From Epithemia pelagica (lineage: Eukaryota; Protista; Bacillariophyta), in assembly GCA_946965045.2 (NCBI GenBank), contig OX337233.1, forward strand, positions 558,001-622,000: 64,000 nt of DNA, in the 5' to 3' direction. A program made the position numbers and the translations under genes. Shown here piece after piece: positions 9,562 to 22,792 of the stretch (its first letter is position 1; every line of letters begins with the position of its first letter). The notes under the pieces were generated by a model. That model worked only from the letters and a program-made list of their open reading frames with translations, was not told the origin of the DNA and ran no database searches.

Positions 9562-11453
9562 ATGCAGGAAGAAGCGAGATTGTCAAATCTTGTCTCTGCT
9601 GACGCGGAGAAAGATGGATTGCCGCAATGGAAGTCCGACTCGTGGCCTCCGCTTTTGGGTGGATCGCGCTGTTCTCATGCATCGGTTATTGTGAATGGCG
9701 AGAACAAGGAACAACAGACAATCGTAGTCATTGGAGGAGAAACAGCAAAGGCCGAAACAAATTCGGTGTTGTTGATGGATTTGGACAAGGACAAGAAGGA
9801 ATGGAGGGAAGGTCAAAGCCTGAATCAAAATCGACTTGATCACGCAGCAGTTGTTTGTAATGGCTCTGTGTACGCAATTGGGGGAGGCTGTAATGGTAAA
9901 CGTCTGGATTCAATCGAGCGGATTGATCTTTTGCATTTGTGGAAATCACCATGTGCTACCAACAACAAGACGCATTGGAAGAAATTGACTTGTATATTGT
10001 CCAATACAAGAGACTATTGTCAAGCTGCTGTGGTACACAATCGTTTTATTGTGGTCGTCGGTGGACAAGACGATTGCGACTCCTTCTCGTCGACTGATAT
10101 CATTGATACGGCAGTGCAAACTCAACACAGTGTCATTCCAGGACCTTCCATGACGGTTCCTCGATCTTGCTGTGGAATGGCCGTGGTTGGAAATCGCATC
10201 TTTGTCATTGGTGGGCACAATCAATATGACTATTCCGATCTTAACTCCGTCGAATATTTGGATTTCTTTGATACTTATGAAGAGATCCATGAGGATATGA
10301 GTTCTGTCTTTCCTTCATCGTCGAAATGGAAAGTGCACAAGGATTTGGTCCTTTCTGTCCCTCGGAAGAAACCTGCTGTTGCAAAAGTCGGGACCTGTCT
10401 GATTGTGACTGGAGGTAGAAAAATGAAAACTTTGAAGTCAGTAGAAGTATTGGACACAAAGCGCAACATCGTGTTCAACATACCTGATATTACCGTGAGG
10501 CGGGACGGTCCTAGTCTGGTATCATTCTTTGAAAGGATCGATGTCATTGGAGGGTTTTGTCAGGTACGTATGAGACACTCGCACTGAGTGATACACCGGA
10601 ACACCCCCAGGTGTGGCGTTTCTTGCAGTAAGAATTGGCTTTGATATCGCAAGGGAGTGGAGAAATAACTGTTTCAAATATTGTTGTTCTGTTCTCTTAC
10701 GACGCTTTGGTGCTCTTCTTTTCAAAGAGATCTCAAAACATGTATTCGTGTCGTGCTGAGCTCGACATGGAACTTGAAAAAATGAAGAGTAAGATTCAAC
10801 TTGCAAATAGGGATCGTAGCAATGTGAAGGCGCTGCAAGAGGCCATTGATGCGGAATGCTTGCTACCGGTGATGGAAAATCTTCGAGATGAGGATGACAA
10901 GTTCCGCTCTGTACATGATCTTCAAGAAACTATTGACGAACTGAAAGGGAAGCTGCAGGATATGGACAGTTTAGCGGGGTGTCTTCCAATTGCTCGCAAG
11001 ATTGAAGAGCTACAAAAGCTTGTCGACTTGAATGGCAGGTATGGAGATGAAAAGCGCCTTGCTGGTCTGAAAACAGATGTTGAGGCTGAATCCGGTTCGG
11101 TGACCGGAAAGGAAACACTGCCCGTGTCGGAACGTACAACTCTTGAGCTTGTCGACTTGAATGTAAGTGTTGGAGATGAAACGAACCTTGCTGGTCAGAA
11201 AGCAAAGAATGAAAAGAACCTTGCTGGTCAGAAAGCAAAGGATGAGTTTGAATTCGTGTCGGTGACCGGAAACAAAACACTACCAGTGTCCGGCCGTTCT
11301 ACTGATGAACTCTCGAATGCTTGTTATAATCCCGAAGAACGACTTAGGAAACTGGAAGATATGATGATTGAACAAAGAAACATGATGGCTCAACTTGAAG
11401 ATATGATTGTTCAACTTTCTGATCGGGTTGGTGTGCTTGAGAAGACGAACTAG
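9562..11453 (+). CDS. Kelch-repeat (6 blades) + coiled-coil protein K1; exons 9562-10563 and 10728-11453
   Basis: GG-containing Kelch blades (VIGG, AIGG, VVGG, VIGG, VTGG, VIGG with W/Y anchors); cag|GTACGT donor and ttcaaAG| acceptor join in frame. Confidence 0.8.
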
Positions 11454-11786
11454 GTCCCTTTGCCATATTCAGACGGCGAACCAGGTCCATTGCCATGTTG
11501 GATCTATGACGCCTTTCAACGACAAATCGCTTCTCCCTAGTTAAAACGCCGAATGTCCAGTACTTACCTCGTTCCAAATTATCACATTTTGATTGCTGTT
11601 TCGTGTTTACCTGGATTCCATATCGAGGGAATGGAGGTGGAACAATAGACAAAGGGCGAACACCTCGTCTCGAATCCGATCCTATTTCTGTGTGTTGGTT
11701 GTTCTCTGTGATATTCCAGAGAGCAGGAGAGAGACATTGTCGCTTGCAGTGCGTCATTGGTTGGTGGATTGACCACATCCATCAGC

Positions 11787-12452
11787 CATCGTTTACCATA
11801 GTTTCCACCACGGACGGCGGCTCGGCTCCTCCTTGTCGTCGTTGGCCTTGTTCTTGTCGTTGGTGAGATAAGAAGGTGATGGTTCCGTGTGATTCCTCGG
11901 CTTTTGGTTTGGAACGGGTCGTCGTTGTTGCTGTTGCCTTGGGTTTTTGGACACGGATTGTTGTTGTTGCAGCCTTGACTCATTCGTCGTCTTGGTATTT
12001 TTATGATTGGACTAGGTCCTGCTGTCGTCCTTGTCATTGTCTTCTTTAGTTTTAGGGGGGTGCTGCTGGTCGTGGGAGGAGACCGACTCATTCGAAGAGG
12101 ACCTGAGCGCTGGTGACAACGGGTTATTGTTCCTACTGTCTTGGATCATGGTTTTCACGCGATCCGTGCCATGCTTCCACACAAGTCTTGGATCCACCCG
12201 GAGGGTTGTGTGCCTTGTTCTTGTTTTGCGGTTTCTTTTTTTCGATGGCGTTACTTGACTATCGTTCGGCCTTGGCGACGAGCCATGGATCGCATTCTTC
12301 GAGGGCTTGTGGTTGTTGTTGTTGTTGTTGTTCCTCCACTGGTGGGAATGGCCATGGACGTTGTATTTGGGTTGTTGTACTATACTGCTAGGAGTAATAG
12401 TCCTGCTATGTGGTCGTCATTGGCAAAAGGATCTCCACCTGGTATCACTAGT

Positions 12453-12486
<34 letters not shown>

Positions 12487-12545
12487 ACGAGGGAGAATGC
12501 GGCGGTACCGAGGTTTTGGGGTCTTGTCGTCGTCGTTGTTCCTAT
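11787..12545 (-). pseudogene. Coiled-coil/RRPWWKVW family remnant P1 (3' half)
   Basis: Homologous to 41156-41900 (cgatcgcgttcctcaagggcttg-type coiled-coil segment); multiple frameshifts. Confidence 0.7.
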
Positions 12546-12582
12546 TCTGGATACAAAGTTGTTCTTGTTTGCTTGGGCATCG

Positions 12583-12709
12583 ATACGATCCAAACTGTCT
12601 GGTTTTCAAGCATGCGTGCGAGAAATTGTGTCTTGACGTCATGTACATGTTTGCGGGTCTCCGCAATTTCTCGCAGACATGCTTGAAACCCAGACAGTTT
12701 GGATCGTAT
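12583..12709. repeat. Second copy of the long foldback element
   Basis: Same inverted arms as 162-290; outer gcatc/gatgc extension visible. Confidence 0.8.
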
Positions 12710-13317
12710 GGAAAGATGCGCACACACAAACAGAACGAAAAAACATGGCTGGGTGAGCTGGGGATCCGTTGGTCAAGGGGTATTTCGGTCCCGTTCCCTA
12801 CCGTGATCTAGAAAGACTTTGGGTTTTCAACGTTTGGCTTTGGCTGCTGCTGATACGTTGTTTGGGGAAAGACGGCACTTTTGTCTCGTCAGGCAAAGAA
12901 CTGACGATCGTGCCCAATACGACAGAGAGAAGGAGGAATAGCAACACAAAGGTTGAGCTCATGAATACTGTCGCCGTTGTCGTTGATGCGATTCCAAGGA
13001 TTGCGAGAGGGGGATGCTACGAGGCACTCTCTCGTTTTCTCGCTGTGATCCAATCGAACCATTTCTCCTTTCGGAGCTCCGGATGATCCATGAAGCCAAC
13101 AACGACGACTTTGGATCTTCTCTCTCATCTCTCGTTCTTTGGCTTTTCAAATAAGATCTACCTTTGAAGCGATCTAGACGCGACTCAAGGCTTCAAAGCC
13201 AGCAGATGGACAGACGGAAGATCCAAACCATCCATCACGACCATGACCTAAAGTCGTGGTTCGTTCCATATATATATGATCACAATGAGAGAGATCCTGT
13301 GTGCAGAAGAGACAAGC

Positions 13318-14352
13318 ATGTCACTGGGAACGGTGTCCTCGCCACCCTCGCATGAACGACGACTCGTAGCAGGGTTATTCGAAAGGAATCCTCCATTTTT
13401 GGTCATGACAACAACAACGAATATTACAAGGCATTGGTGATTCACAACGAGACACAACAGCGAAAATCAGCAGCCAGAGCAACACCAAGACCAGCAAGAA
13501 ATATTGCAACGAAAAAAGCTGACTTGTTACGCTGCAGTCGGTTGCAATGGGTCCGTTACACCGCTCGTTCCAGATATGCGATGGTGCTTTTGGAGTCCTG
13601 ACATCAAGTTTGGCCCTAATCTTTTGTCTTGTGAATGGTACGGTCGTCGCCACATGCAAGCCTACGAATCGCATCGAGCCTTGCTGGAACTGGTCAACCA
13701 AGGGTCCTTGACACAACACCAAAGCTTGGAACAACAACATGACTTGTTTCGTCAAGAACGATTTGGAATTCCTGTCCTTGTATACGACAAGATTCAACTC
13801 GAAATTCTTGAGGAATGTGGTGACCAATGAAGCCACTGGTATATACTAAACCAGACGAATACTGAGTTGACTGTGTTGGTGCAAGGCAATCCCTTTTGTA
13901 CAAGCTCGGTGGAACCAGCTCCAATTGTTAGTACCATGAATAATCTCGAAATGGATACTGTGACACTCTTGGTACCGACCAATGAGGCCTTTCAAGCCTT
14001 GAATGTCAATAGCTTGGACGACTTGTTGAACGAACAACAAGACGGCGACTTTTTGTTGACGCGGGTCTTGGAAACCCACGTGTATCGGGATTTGGCCTTG
14101 TATCGCGAAAGCATTACCAGTTTCGTGGCTGGCAATCAAGGCACCCCCATTCAATTGACGAGTGAGTCGGGGACTGATTGGATCTTGTCCGTGACGCAGT
14201 TTCCGCAATCTGTCCAAGACACGGCCGAAGTGGCGGTGGAAACGGTCCGGACCGAACCGGGCTTGCCCATCACCCGTGCCAATTTTATTGACACCCAAGT
14301 CATGGCCTTTCGGGGCGTCATTCATTGGATTGATGCCGTCTTGCTGCCATGA
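13318..14352 (+). pseudogene. FAS1-domain gene copy F2 (FAS1 segment 13867-14352 open; upstream stops)
   Basis: TLLVPTNEAF and GVIHWIDAVLLP are the FAS1 H1/H2 motifs; upstream in-frame segment CEWYGR...QERFG ends at TGA 13828-13830. Confidence 0.8.
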
Positions 14353-14753
14353 GACTACACACAGGATTCTGTGGAAGAATGATGTGGGAAGCCGTTCTTG
14401 CGGCCAAGCCACTAGTATGGGACTGACTCATTGAAATTCCTGGGCTCTGGTCCTCGAATCACGTGTCATGGTGGACTATCGTATATGGACTAATGCCAAA
14501 CAACGAACAAGGGTCACAGAGAGTTTGCCATGAAACAAATGGAGATTGTTGACGGACTCAGTCTTGTTATACCATGTCGTTCATCTGGTACCACCGTTTC
14601 CGATTGCACGAAACTTCGGAGTGTTCTATGTTTCCGATGAATTCCACGACAGACTTGAATTAAGAATTCTGGCTGTGACCGCACGTAACGAGATACGGAT
14701 GTGCAGGATCATAATATGTGTGATGTGTGACCAACACCGAAGCGATCAACAGA

Positions 14754-14980
14754 CACGCTGCGTGGATCGTTGATACATGCAAAAGCATTGTGGGAGAATG
14801 ACTATGTGGGACCCAAAACGTGTGTCCAAGCAGCGCATAACAATAACCATGTGGAATCCAAAAAAATGAAGGTGGATCTATGAACAAGGTGCCAACGAAG
14901 CTCCACGGTTCGTGGAGTGACTAAACGCTGGGATGAGAGCTTCGCATCCAAAACTGATATGCTTAGCATCAAAAGATGAT
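14754..14980 (+). promoter_or_regulatory. Representative Kelch upstream region with CACG-N3-CGTG palindromes and repeated CATCAAAAGYTGA motifs
   Basis: CACGctgCGTG at 14754-14764 and CTCCACGgttCGTGGAG at 14901-14917; similar motifs recur upstream of most Kelch copies. Function not shown. Confidence 0.4.
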
Positions 14981-15015
14981 CATTTTCTTCACACACTTTA
15001 TTATATCCAAAGACC

Positions 15016-16614
15016 ATGCAAGAACAAGCGAGATTGTCCAATCTTCTCTTTCCTGACACAAACAAAGATGAAATACCACAATGGAAATCCGACTCATGGC
15101 CGCCGCTTATGGGCGGATATTCTTGGTTTCCTGCATCGGTTGTTGTGAATGGCAACAAAAAAGAAGAACAGACAGTGGTTGTCATTGGAGGACATACCGG
15201 AAAGGATGGTACAAATTCGGTGTTGTTGATGGATTTGGACAAGGACATGAAGCAGTGGAGAAAAGGCCCAAGCCTGAATCAAAACCGTTGTGGACATGGA
15301 GCAGTGGTCTGTAATGGCTTTGTGTACACAATGGGAGGATACTGTAATTATCAGCGTTTGGATTCCATAGAGCGGATTGATCTTTTGGATTTGTTGAAGT
15401 CACCGTGTACTGTCAACGAGAATATGTATTGGACGCCATTGAAATGTACATTGTCCACTCCAAGAGCAGCATGCCAAGCTGCTGTGGTACACAATCGTTT
15501 CATTGTGGTCGTTGGTGGATACTACTTGTTGGCCGTCGCATCTTTGTCGTTGGTGGCTACAATGAAAGTTCCTATCTAAACTCAGTTGAATACTTGGAAT
15601 TCATGGAATTATCTCCTGAGACCAATCAGGATTTGAGTTGTATCTTTCCTTCATCGTTGAAATGGAAAGTCCACAAGGATCTGGTCCTTTCTTTTCCTCA
15701 CTTTTCACATGGTGTTGCGAAAGTCGGGACTTGTCTGATTGTGACTGGAAGTTGTCTCCGTAAACGGTCGAAAGAAGTAGAGATATTGGACACGAAGCGC
15801 AACGTGGTATTCAATCTACCTGATGTGACCGTGTGGCGGCACAATCCTATTGTCGTTTCATTCCGGGAAGGAATTGCCGTCATTGGAGGCCAAAAGGAGG
15901 GTACATGTGAGACACTCGCATTGATCGACATTGAGGAACACACCAAGGTACGGTGTTTGTCGCCCTATGACTATGACTTGATATCGCAGGGGACTGGAGG
16001 TTTGGTTAGAAAGATTATTGTACTCTTCTCACGTTTTGGTGTCTCTCTTTTGACAGAATCTCCAGACCATGTATTCTTGCCGTGCTGAGCTAGACATGGA
16101 ACTTGCAAAACTCAAAGATAAGATTCAACTTGCAAATAGGGATCGCAGCAAATTAAAGCCACTACAAGAGGCCATTGAGGCAGAAACCTTGCTGCCTCTG
16201 ATGGAATGGCTTCGTGATCACAATGACAAATTCCGCTCTGTACAGGAGCTTCAAGAAACGATTGAGGAACTGAAAGGGAAGTTGCAGGGTATTGCCGGTT
16301 TTGTGGGGTGTCTTCCAATCGCACGCAAGATTGAAGAGTTAGAACAACTTCTCGCGTTGAATGGTAGTTATGGTAATGAAAAGATCCTTGTTGGTCAGAA
16401 AGCAGAGGATGAGGCTGAATTCGGATCGTTGACCGGAAACGAGACACTACCAGTGTCCATCTGTACCACAAATGAACTCTCTAATGTTTACGGTGGCTCC
16501 GAAGAGCGACTTGTGAAAGTGGAAGATATGATGATTGAACAAAGAAATATGATGGTTCAACTTTCTGATCGAGTTCGTTTGCTTGAGAAGAAAAGAACTA
16601 GGTCCATTTCGTGA
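15016..16614 (+). pseudogene. Kelch + coiled-coil copy K2 with a frameshifting deletion removing most of blade 4
   Basis: GGY at about 15520 joins directly to VGRRIFVVGG in another frame; intron 15948-16056. Confidence 0.8.
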
Positions 16615-16989
16615 AGAACTACCAAGGTGTCTCGGTCCATTTCGTGATGCTGTTACGATCACAAATTATTTACCCTTCTATATAGTCAAGTCAAAAGTCA
16701 AATCTATAGGTTGTTCGTATCTACGTGTTTGAAGCGCGTAAAGAGGACCCACGAACGTCAATCATGCTTGCTCGGGTGGTGGGTCTAAAGCAGCATGGAC
16801 CATGTGCCCTGGTGGCAATGTCGAGACATGAGTTTGTGAGAGATGATTCTCGAGAGGAACCAAGGTCGACCGTTTCGGGTCTTTTACTATGACTCGTGTG
16901 TCATGTGTCCAAAGAGAAGCTTTTGGGGCTCCATCATATCAACGTTTTCTACACTCTCGTGGTTTTCCTCGAACGGTTGTGTATCTCAA

Positions 16990-17260
16990 TGGTCCCAAAC
17001 AAAAAATGTGCCGGGGTCTCGCACCACGATTCGAAAAGTATACAGCGTGACTGTTTTCTGTTTACCTCCTCCGGCGTTTTGCACGGCTCAATGTGCTTCC
17101 ACGCGCTGTGTTCGTGCCAGACGGCGCCATGCACGCCGGGCATAGCGTATGATCACTCGCAGCTCAACGTGACAGGTTACAGGCCATCACGTGACGAATT
17201 GCGACCGACACCGAACCGAGGATCAAAAGCGTCGGACAATGAACATGTGGGATCCCAAAC
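16990..17260. repeat. Conserved block normally 5' of the minus-strand type-B Kelch gene (other copies about 27465-27689, 62065-62288; partial 49222-49330, 57790-57860)
   Basis: Shared ccagacggcgccatgcacgccgggcatagcgtatgatcactcgcagctcaacg sequence. Confidence 0.75.
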
Positions 17261-17558
17261 GTTGGTGGATACATGAAACACACTAAGTCTCAACGAAGCT
17301 CAACGGTTCGTGGAGTTACTGCGTAGGCGATTGTGAATGAGTGCTTCACGTCAAAAGTTGACGAGATGCCTAGGTAGCATCAAAAAATGAGCTTATCCAA
17401 ATCGCGTTCTTCGAATGTGGGATCCAAAAAATGTAGGTGGATATTTGACACGGTTAGCGGAGACACTACGCCGGAATGAGAGCTTCGCATCAAAAGCTGA
17501 TATGCCTAGCAGATTCCTTTTTGTCAAACTTTCTTTTGTTTCCGATTATCAAAGGACG

Positions 17559-19271
17559 ATGCAAGAACAAGCGAGATTGTCCAATCTTGCCTTTCCTGAC
17601 ACCAACAAAGATGAAATGCCACAATGGAAGTCCGACTCATGGCCGCCGCTTATGGGTGGGTGGCGTCAGTATCATGCATCGGTTGTTGTGAATGAAGAGA
17701 AAAAGGGACAACAGACAGTCGTTGTCATTGGAGGAGATACAGCAAAGGGCCGCACCAACTCGGTGTTGTTGATGGATTTGGAAAAGGACACGAAGCAATG
17801 GAGGGAAGGTCCAAGTCTGAATCAAAATCGTGAATGTCATGCAGCAGTGGTTTGTAATGGCTCTGTGTACGCAATGGGGGGAGGAAGCGATGGCCAACGT
17901 TTGGATTCAATCGAGCGGATTGATATCACAGATTTGATGAAATCAACATATTCTTCCAAACACAAGACACATTGGACGGTATTGAATTGTACATTGTCCA
18001 CTCCAAGAGGCGGGTGTCAAGCTGCTGCGGTAAACAACCGTTTTATTGTGATCGTCGGAGGATACAATGGAAGCTTCTTGTCGTCGACAGATATTCTTGA
18101 TACGGCAGTGCAAACTCAACACATTGTCATTGAAGGCCCTTCCATGACGATTCCTCGATCTTCCTGTGGAATGGCCGTTGTTGGTAATCGCATCTTTGTC
18201 ATTGGTGGGTTCAATGAATATTCATATTCCGTTCTTAACTCCGTCGAATATTTGGATTTCTTCGATACTTATGAAGAGACCCATGAGGATATAAGTTCTG
18301 TCTTTCTTTCATCGTCAAAATGGAAAGTGCACAAGGATCTGGTCCTTTCTTTCCCTCGGAAGAAACATGCTGTTGCAAAAGTCGGGACCTCTCTGATCGT
18401 GACAGGAGGTGATACCGCTATTAAAGCTTTGAAGTCGGTAGAAGTATTGGATACAAAGCGCAACGTCGTGTTCGACATACCTGATATGACCGTGAGGCGG
18501 AAAGGTTGTAGTCTGGTATCATTGTCTGACAAGATAGGTGTCATTGGAGGGTTTGGTCAGGATACGTGTGAGACGCTCGCACTGAGTGACAACCAGGTAC
18601 GGCGTTTGTTGCAGTAAGAATTGGTTGTGATATCGCAAGGGACTGGAGAAATAACTGTTTCAAATATTGTTGTTCTGTTCTCTTACGACTGTTTGGTGCT
18701 CTTCTTTTCAAAGACATCTCAGAACACGTATTCGTGTCGTGCTCAGCTCGACATGGAACTTGAAAAACTGAAGAGTAAGATTCAACTTGCAAATAGGGAT
18801 CGTAGCAATGTCAAGGCGCTGCAAGAAGCCATTGAGGCAGAATCCTTGCTACCTGTGATGGAAAATCTTCGAGATCAGGATGATAAGTTCCGCTCGGTAA
18901 TGGAGCTTCAAGAAACTATTGACGAATTGAAAGGGAAGCTGCAGGATATGCACAGCTTGGCAGAGTGTCTTCCAATTGCTCGCAAGATTGAAGAGCTACA
19001 AGAGCTTGTCGACTTGAATGGCAGTTATGTTTATGAAAAGCACCTTGCTGGTCGGAAAGCAGATGTTGAGGTTGAATCCGGTTCGGTGACCGGAAACGAA
19101 ACATTACCAGTGTCCATCCGTGTGACAGATGAACTCTCGAATACTTGTGATGACCCCGAAGATCGATTTCAGAGACTGGAAGATATGATGACTGAACAAA
19201 GAAATGTGATAGTTCAACTTTCTGATCGGGTTCGTTTGCTTGAGAAGAAACGAGGAAGGTCCATTTCGTAA
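17559..19271 (+). CDS. Kelch + coiled-coil protein K3; exons 17559-18596 and 18714-19271
   Basis: Six intact blades; 117-nt GT-AG intron containing an in-frame TAA; exons join in frame. Confidence 0.85.
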
Positions 19272-19699
19272 GGGGGTGGTTTGGTCCGTTTTGTGATGTT
19301 TGATGTATCTGTATAACGATCACAAATTCTAGAGTAAAGTAAATGTCAAATTCCAACAAAGTTCATCCACAGCTTCTTTTGTCGACAGGTACCGCCACAA
19401 CACGTCGCCAAGGTGCAGTCCGTTGTTCTTTCGACCATTGACTATCCATCGCGCATCACGAACATATTCGACCACCAATCTCACTTTTGTAACAACTAGC
19501 ACCTTTACGAACATGTACCAATCTTGCGTTTCCGGGGCCAAATCAGAAGATCCTTTCCATCGCACACAAACTGCAACATTTCCCAATCTTTTGTTGGTGA
19601 TTCAGTGGCCAGTTTCTAGAGACTGTTTTCTTGCCGGAACGACGCCCATTCCGTCCTATGTGGTTGCTGATGTTGATTACAATTTCAGAGTGTACTGTT

Positions 19700-20400
19700 C
19701 ACCTCGAGGACAAACCAAACGTGTCCGTAGGAATACTCGTACCGATTTTCCATGCATGGATTCGTCCAAGGGATGCATACTGATGAATGTAAAACAAAAA
19801 AGGAAATTCACGGCAAAAGGAACGATCGTAGTCTTCGGAATCCTCCTTCCAAATTCGTCGCGCATCTACCTTGTTGTGAATGAAACAGAACCTTCATTCT
19901 CACAGCGTGCTGGAATGACCACCACTGCACACAAACAGATACCTGACGATATGAGGATGGTTGTCGAAGCAGTAACCGTTGAAAGACGGCTGTATTCTTG
20001 TCGAGTACGGTCAAAGTGGTCACACAAATGTTCATACCATCCCGACAAACACAAAATCCCAGCCGCTCCACCACCATTGGAAGAAGACAACGACGAACAC
20101 GAAAGAACCACCATGCCATGTTGACACCGCCACACTGTCATGCCTGGTAGTTTCCAAACCAGGTAACGTTTGGTATCCAAGACGTGGACACACTCGGACA
20201 TGACACTGGGACGACCCTGACATCCTCCCGAAACAATCAGACAGGATCCCACTCGAACAATGGCACGACCGCAACGACGGTGCGTCGGATGACGAGGAAT
20301 CTACAATATTCGTTGTAGTAGTATCTTCTTCCTGCGAATCTTTCCAAAACTCGTTGAATCCCCAATACTCGACAGAATCCAACATGCTGTCCAACATGCT
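19700..20400 (-). pseudogene. Type-B Kelch remnant KB0 (blades 5-6 and tail)
   Basis: GSCLIVSGG...VLDTKRYLVWKLPGMTVWRCQHGMV and LDSVEYW match Kelch blades of both A and B types. Confidence 0.7.
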
Positions 20401-21064
20401 GTCCTGCTTCACATCAAAAGCTGACATGTGTTATAAATTATCCACGTCGCATTCTCCATCACGCTTTATTTTCTTCGCAATGATCCTTTGATAATTGAGA
20501 ACAAAATAAAGCGTGTTGAAGAAAGCGAGAATATACAGATTGAAAAGCATGACAGAGGAGTCGGTCAAGGGATATTTTGGCCCCATTCTCTACCGTGATC
20601 AAGAAAGGTTTTGGGTTTTCAACGTTTGGCGTGTCTCCTGCTGATAAATTGCTTTGGGAAAGACGGCACTTGTTGTCTCGTCAGGCAAAGAACTGACGAT
20701 CGTGCCCAATAGCAACACAAAGGTTGAGCTCATGAATACTGTCATCGTTGTCGTTGATGCGATTCCAAGGATTGCGAGAGGGGGATGCAACGAGACACTC
20801 TCGTTTTCTCGCTATGATCCAATCGAACCATCTGTCGTTTCGGGGCGGGATGATCGAGATGAAGCCAACGACGCTTTTGGATCTTTTTTTGCCAAAAAGA
20901 TCTTTCCTTGGAGCGATCTATACGCGACTCGAGGACAATATTGCCATCAGACGGACAGACGGAAGATCCAAACCATCATCCATCACGACCATGACCAAAA
21001 GTCACTGAGAAAGATCCATTTCTCTTTTTTTTGTTTTTGTGCCAGGGAGATAACAAAGATAACC

Positions 21065-22178
21065 ATGTCACTCGGAACGCACGTCGTCGTCTTCACCGCC
21101 ATCGCATGAACGACGACTCGTATGGTTGGGTGCTATTCGAAAGGAATCATCCAAACCATGCTTTCAGAGTTTTGGCCATGACAGCAACAACGAATATTAC
21201 AAGGCATTGGCGATTCACAACGACGACAGCCAAAAAGCAGCACCAGCAACAACAACAAGACCAGCAAGAAACATCGCAACGAAAAAACTGACATGGTGCA
21301 ACGAGGACTGGATGCGGCCTACAGTCGGTTGCAATGGGCCCGATAGCCCGTCTTGCGAACCTGAGATACCGACTTGGCAATGACAAACCGCTCGTTACAG
21401 ATTTTGCGATGGTGGCTTTGGAATCTTGTGTCCACGGTCCTGACATCAACTGACCCTCGTCATGTGGTGTGAATGGTACGGTCGTCCCTTGATGCAAGCC
21501 TACGAATCGATCGAGCCTTGCTCCAATTGCGAGAATTGGTCCACAAGGGTCCTTGACACAATACCAAGCCTTGGAACAACATGCAAGGTTCAATTCGCAA
21601 TTCTTGAGGATTGTGGTGACCAATGAAACCACTGGTATACTAAACGAGACAAATACTGAGTTGACCGTGTTGGTGCAAGGCAATCCCTTTTGTACGAGCT
21701 CGGTGGAACCAGCTCCAATTGTTTCATAAAACTTGAAGCCCCACTTGCCTGTGTGTGTCACTGCCTTTTGGACGCCCGCTCTGTCTTCTTTGTGGGTGAT
21801 TCATGCCTTGGATAGGGTTTGTGACACTCTTGGTACCAACCAATGAGGCCATTTAAGCCTTGAATGTCAATGCTTGAGCGACTTGCTGGACGAACAAGAC
21901 GATGACTTTTGGTTGGCCCGTATGTCGGGATGGTGCCTTGTTTCACTCTCGTGGCTGACAATCAAAGCAACCCCATTCAACTGACCAATGATTTGGGTAC
22001 TGATTGGATCTTGTCCGTGACACAATTTCCGAAATCGCTCCACGACACGGCCGAACTGGCCGTGCAAACTATCCGGACTGAACCGTGATTGCCTATCACC
22101 CGCGCCAATTTCGTCAACACCCAAGTCGTCGCCCTTTGTGGGGCCATTCATTGGATGGATGCCGTTTTGTTGCCATAA
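21065..22178 (+). pseudogene. FAS1-domain gene copy F3, degenerate
   Basis: Collinear with F1/F2 from atgtcactc to gccgttttgttgccataa; many indels. Confidence 0.75.
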
Positions 22179-22792
22179 GAATACACACATGATTCTGTGG
22201 AAGAAAGATCTGGAACGCCGTTGTTTTGCGCAGGGGGAATCGAAAGCAAATCGTTTCATCGAAAGCCTTGCGACTTTGGAACTGTCTCATTGAAAGTAGG
22301 GCGCTTGTCCTTGAATTGCAGGTTGTGGTGGACAACGGGTGCAGTCGAGAAGATTATTGACGGAAACAAGTCTCTCTATTACCTCGAGAGAGATGTCATG
22401 TCGTTCATCTGCAACTTTACATCCACCGATTGTTAGAAACTTTGGAGTGTTGCCCCATTGCTGCTGGTCCGATCCATGACGGACTTACACGCTCACAATT
22501 CCACGCCTGTGGGCCGTGACGAGATGGTGGTCCTCTAAAAATATATATGTGTGACGTGTGTCCAACATTAAAACAACTAACAGACACGATGCGTGGATGG
22601 TTGATACAGATAGAAGAACGCAGCGGCGGACAACATGTGAGATCCGAAACATTGGTGCTAGCTCAACGGTTCGTGGAGTGACTGCAGGCGATCTTGGATG
22701 AGTGCTTCACAACGAAAGCTGACATACCTAGCACAGATTTTTGTCGCCTTTTTCAACACACTTTACTGCGTTGACAATAATATCAAAAGACC

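Noticed and set aside
9562-11453. Annotating the Kelch genes as KLHL/BTB-Kelch, F-box-Kelch or galactose oxidase
   Set aside because: No BTB/BACK or F-box precedes the first blade (only about 30 aa), and no copper-radical oxidase motifs were seen, so no gene symbol is assigned.
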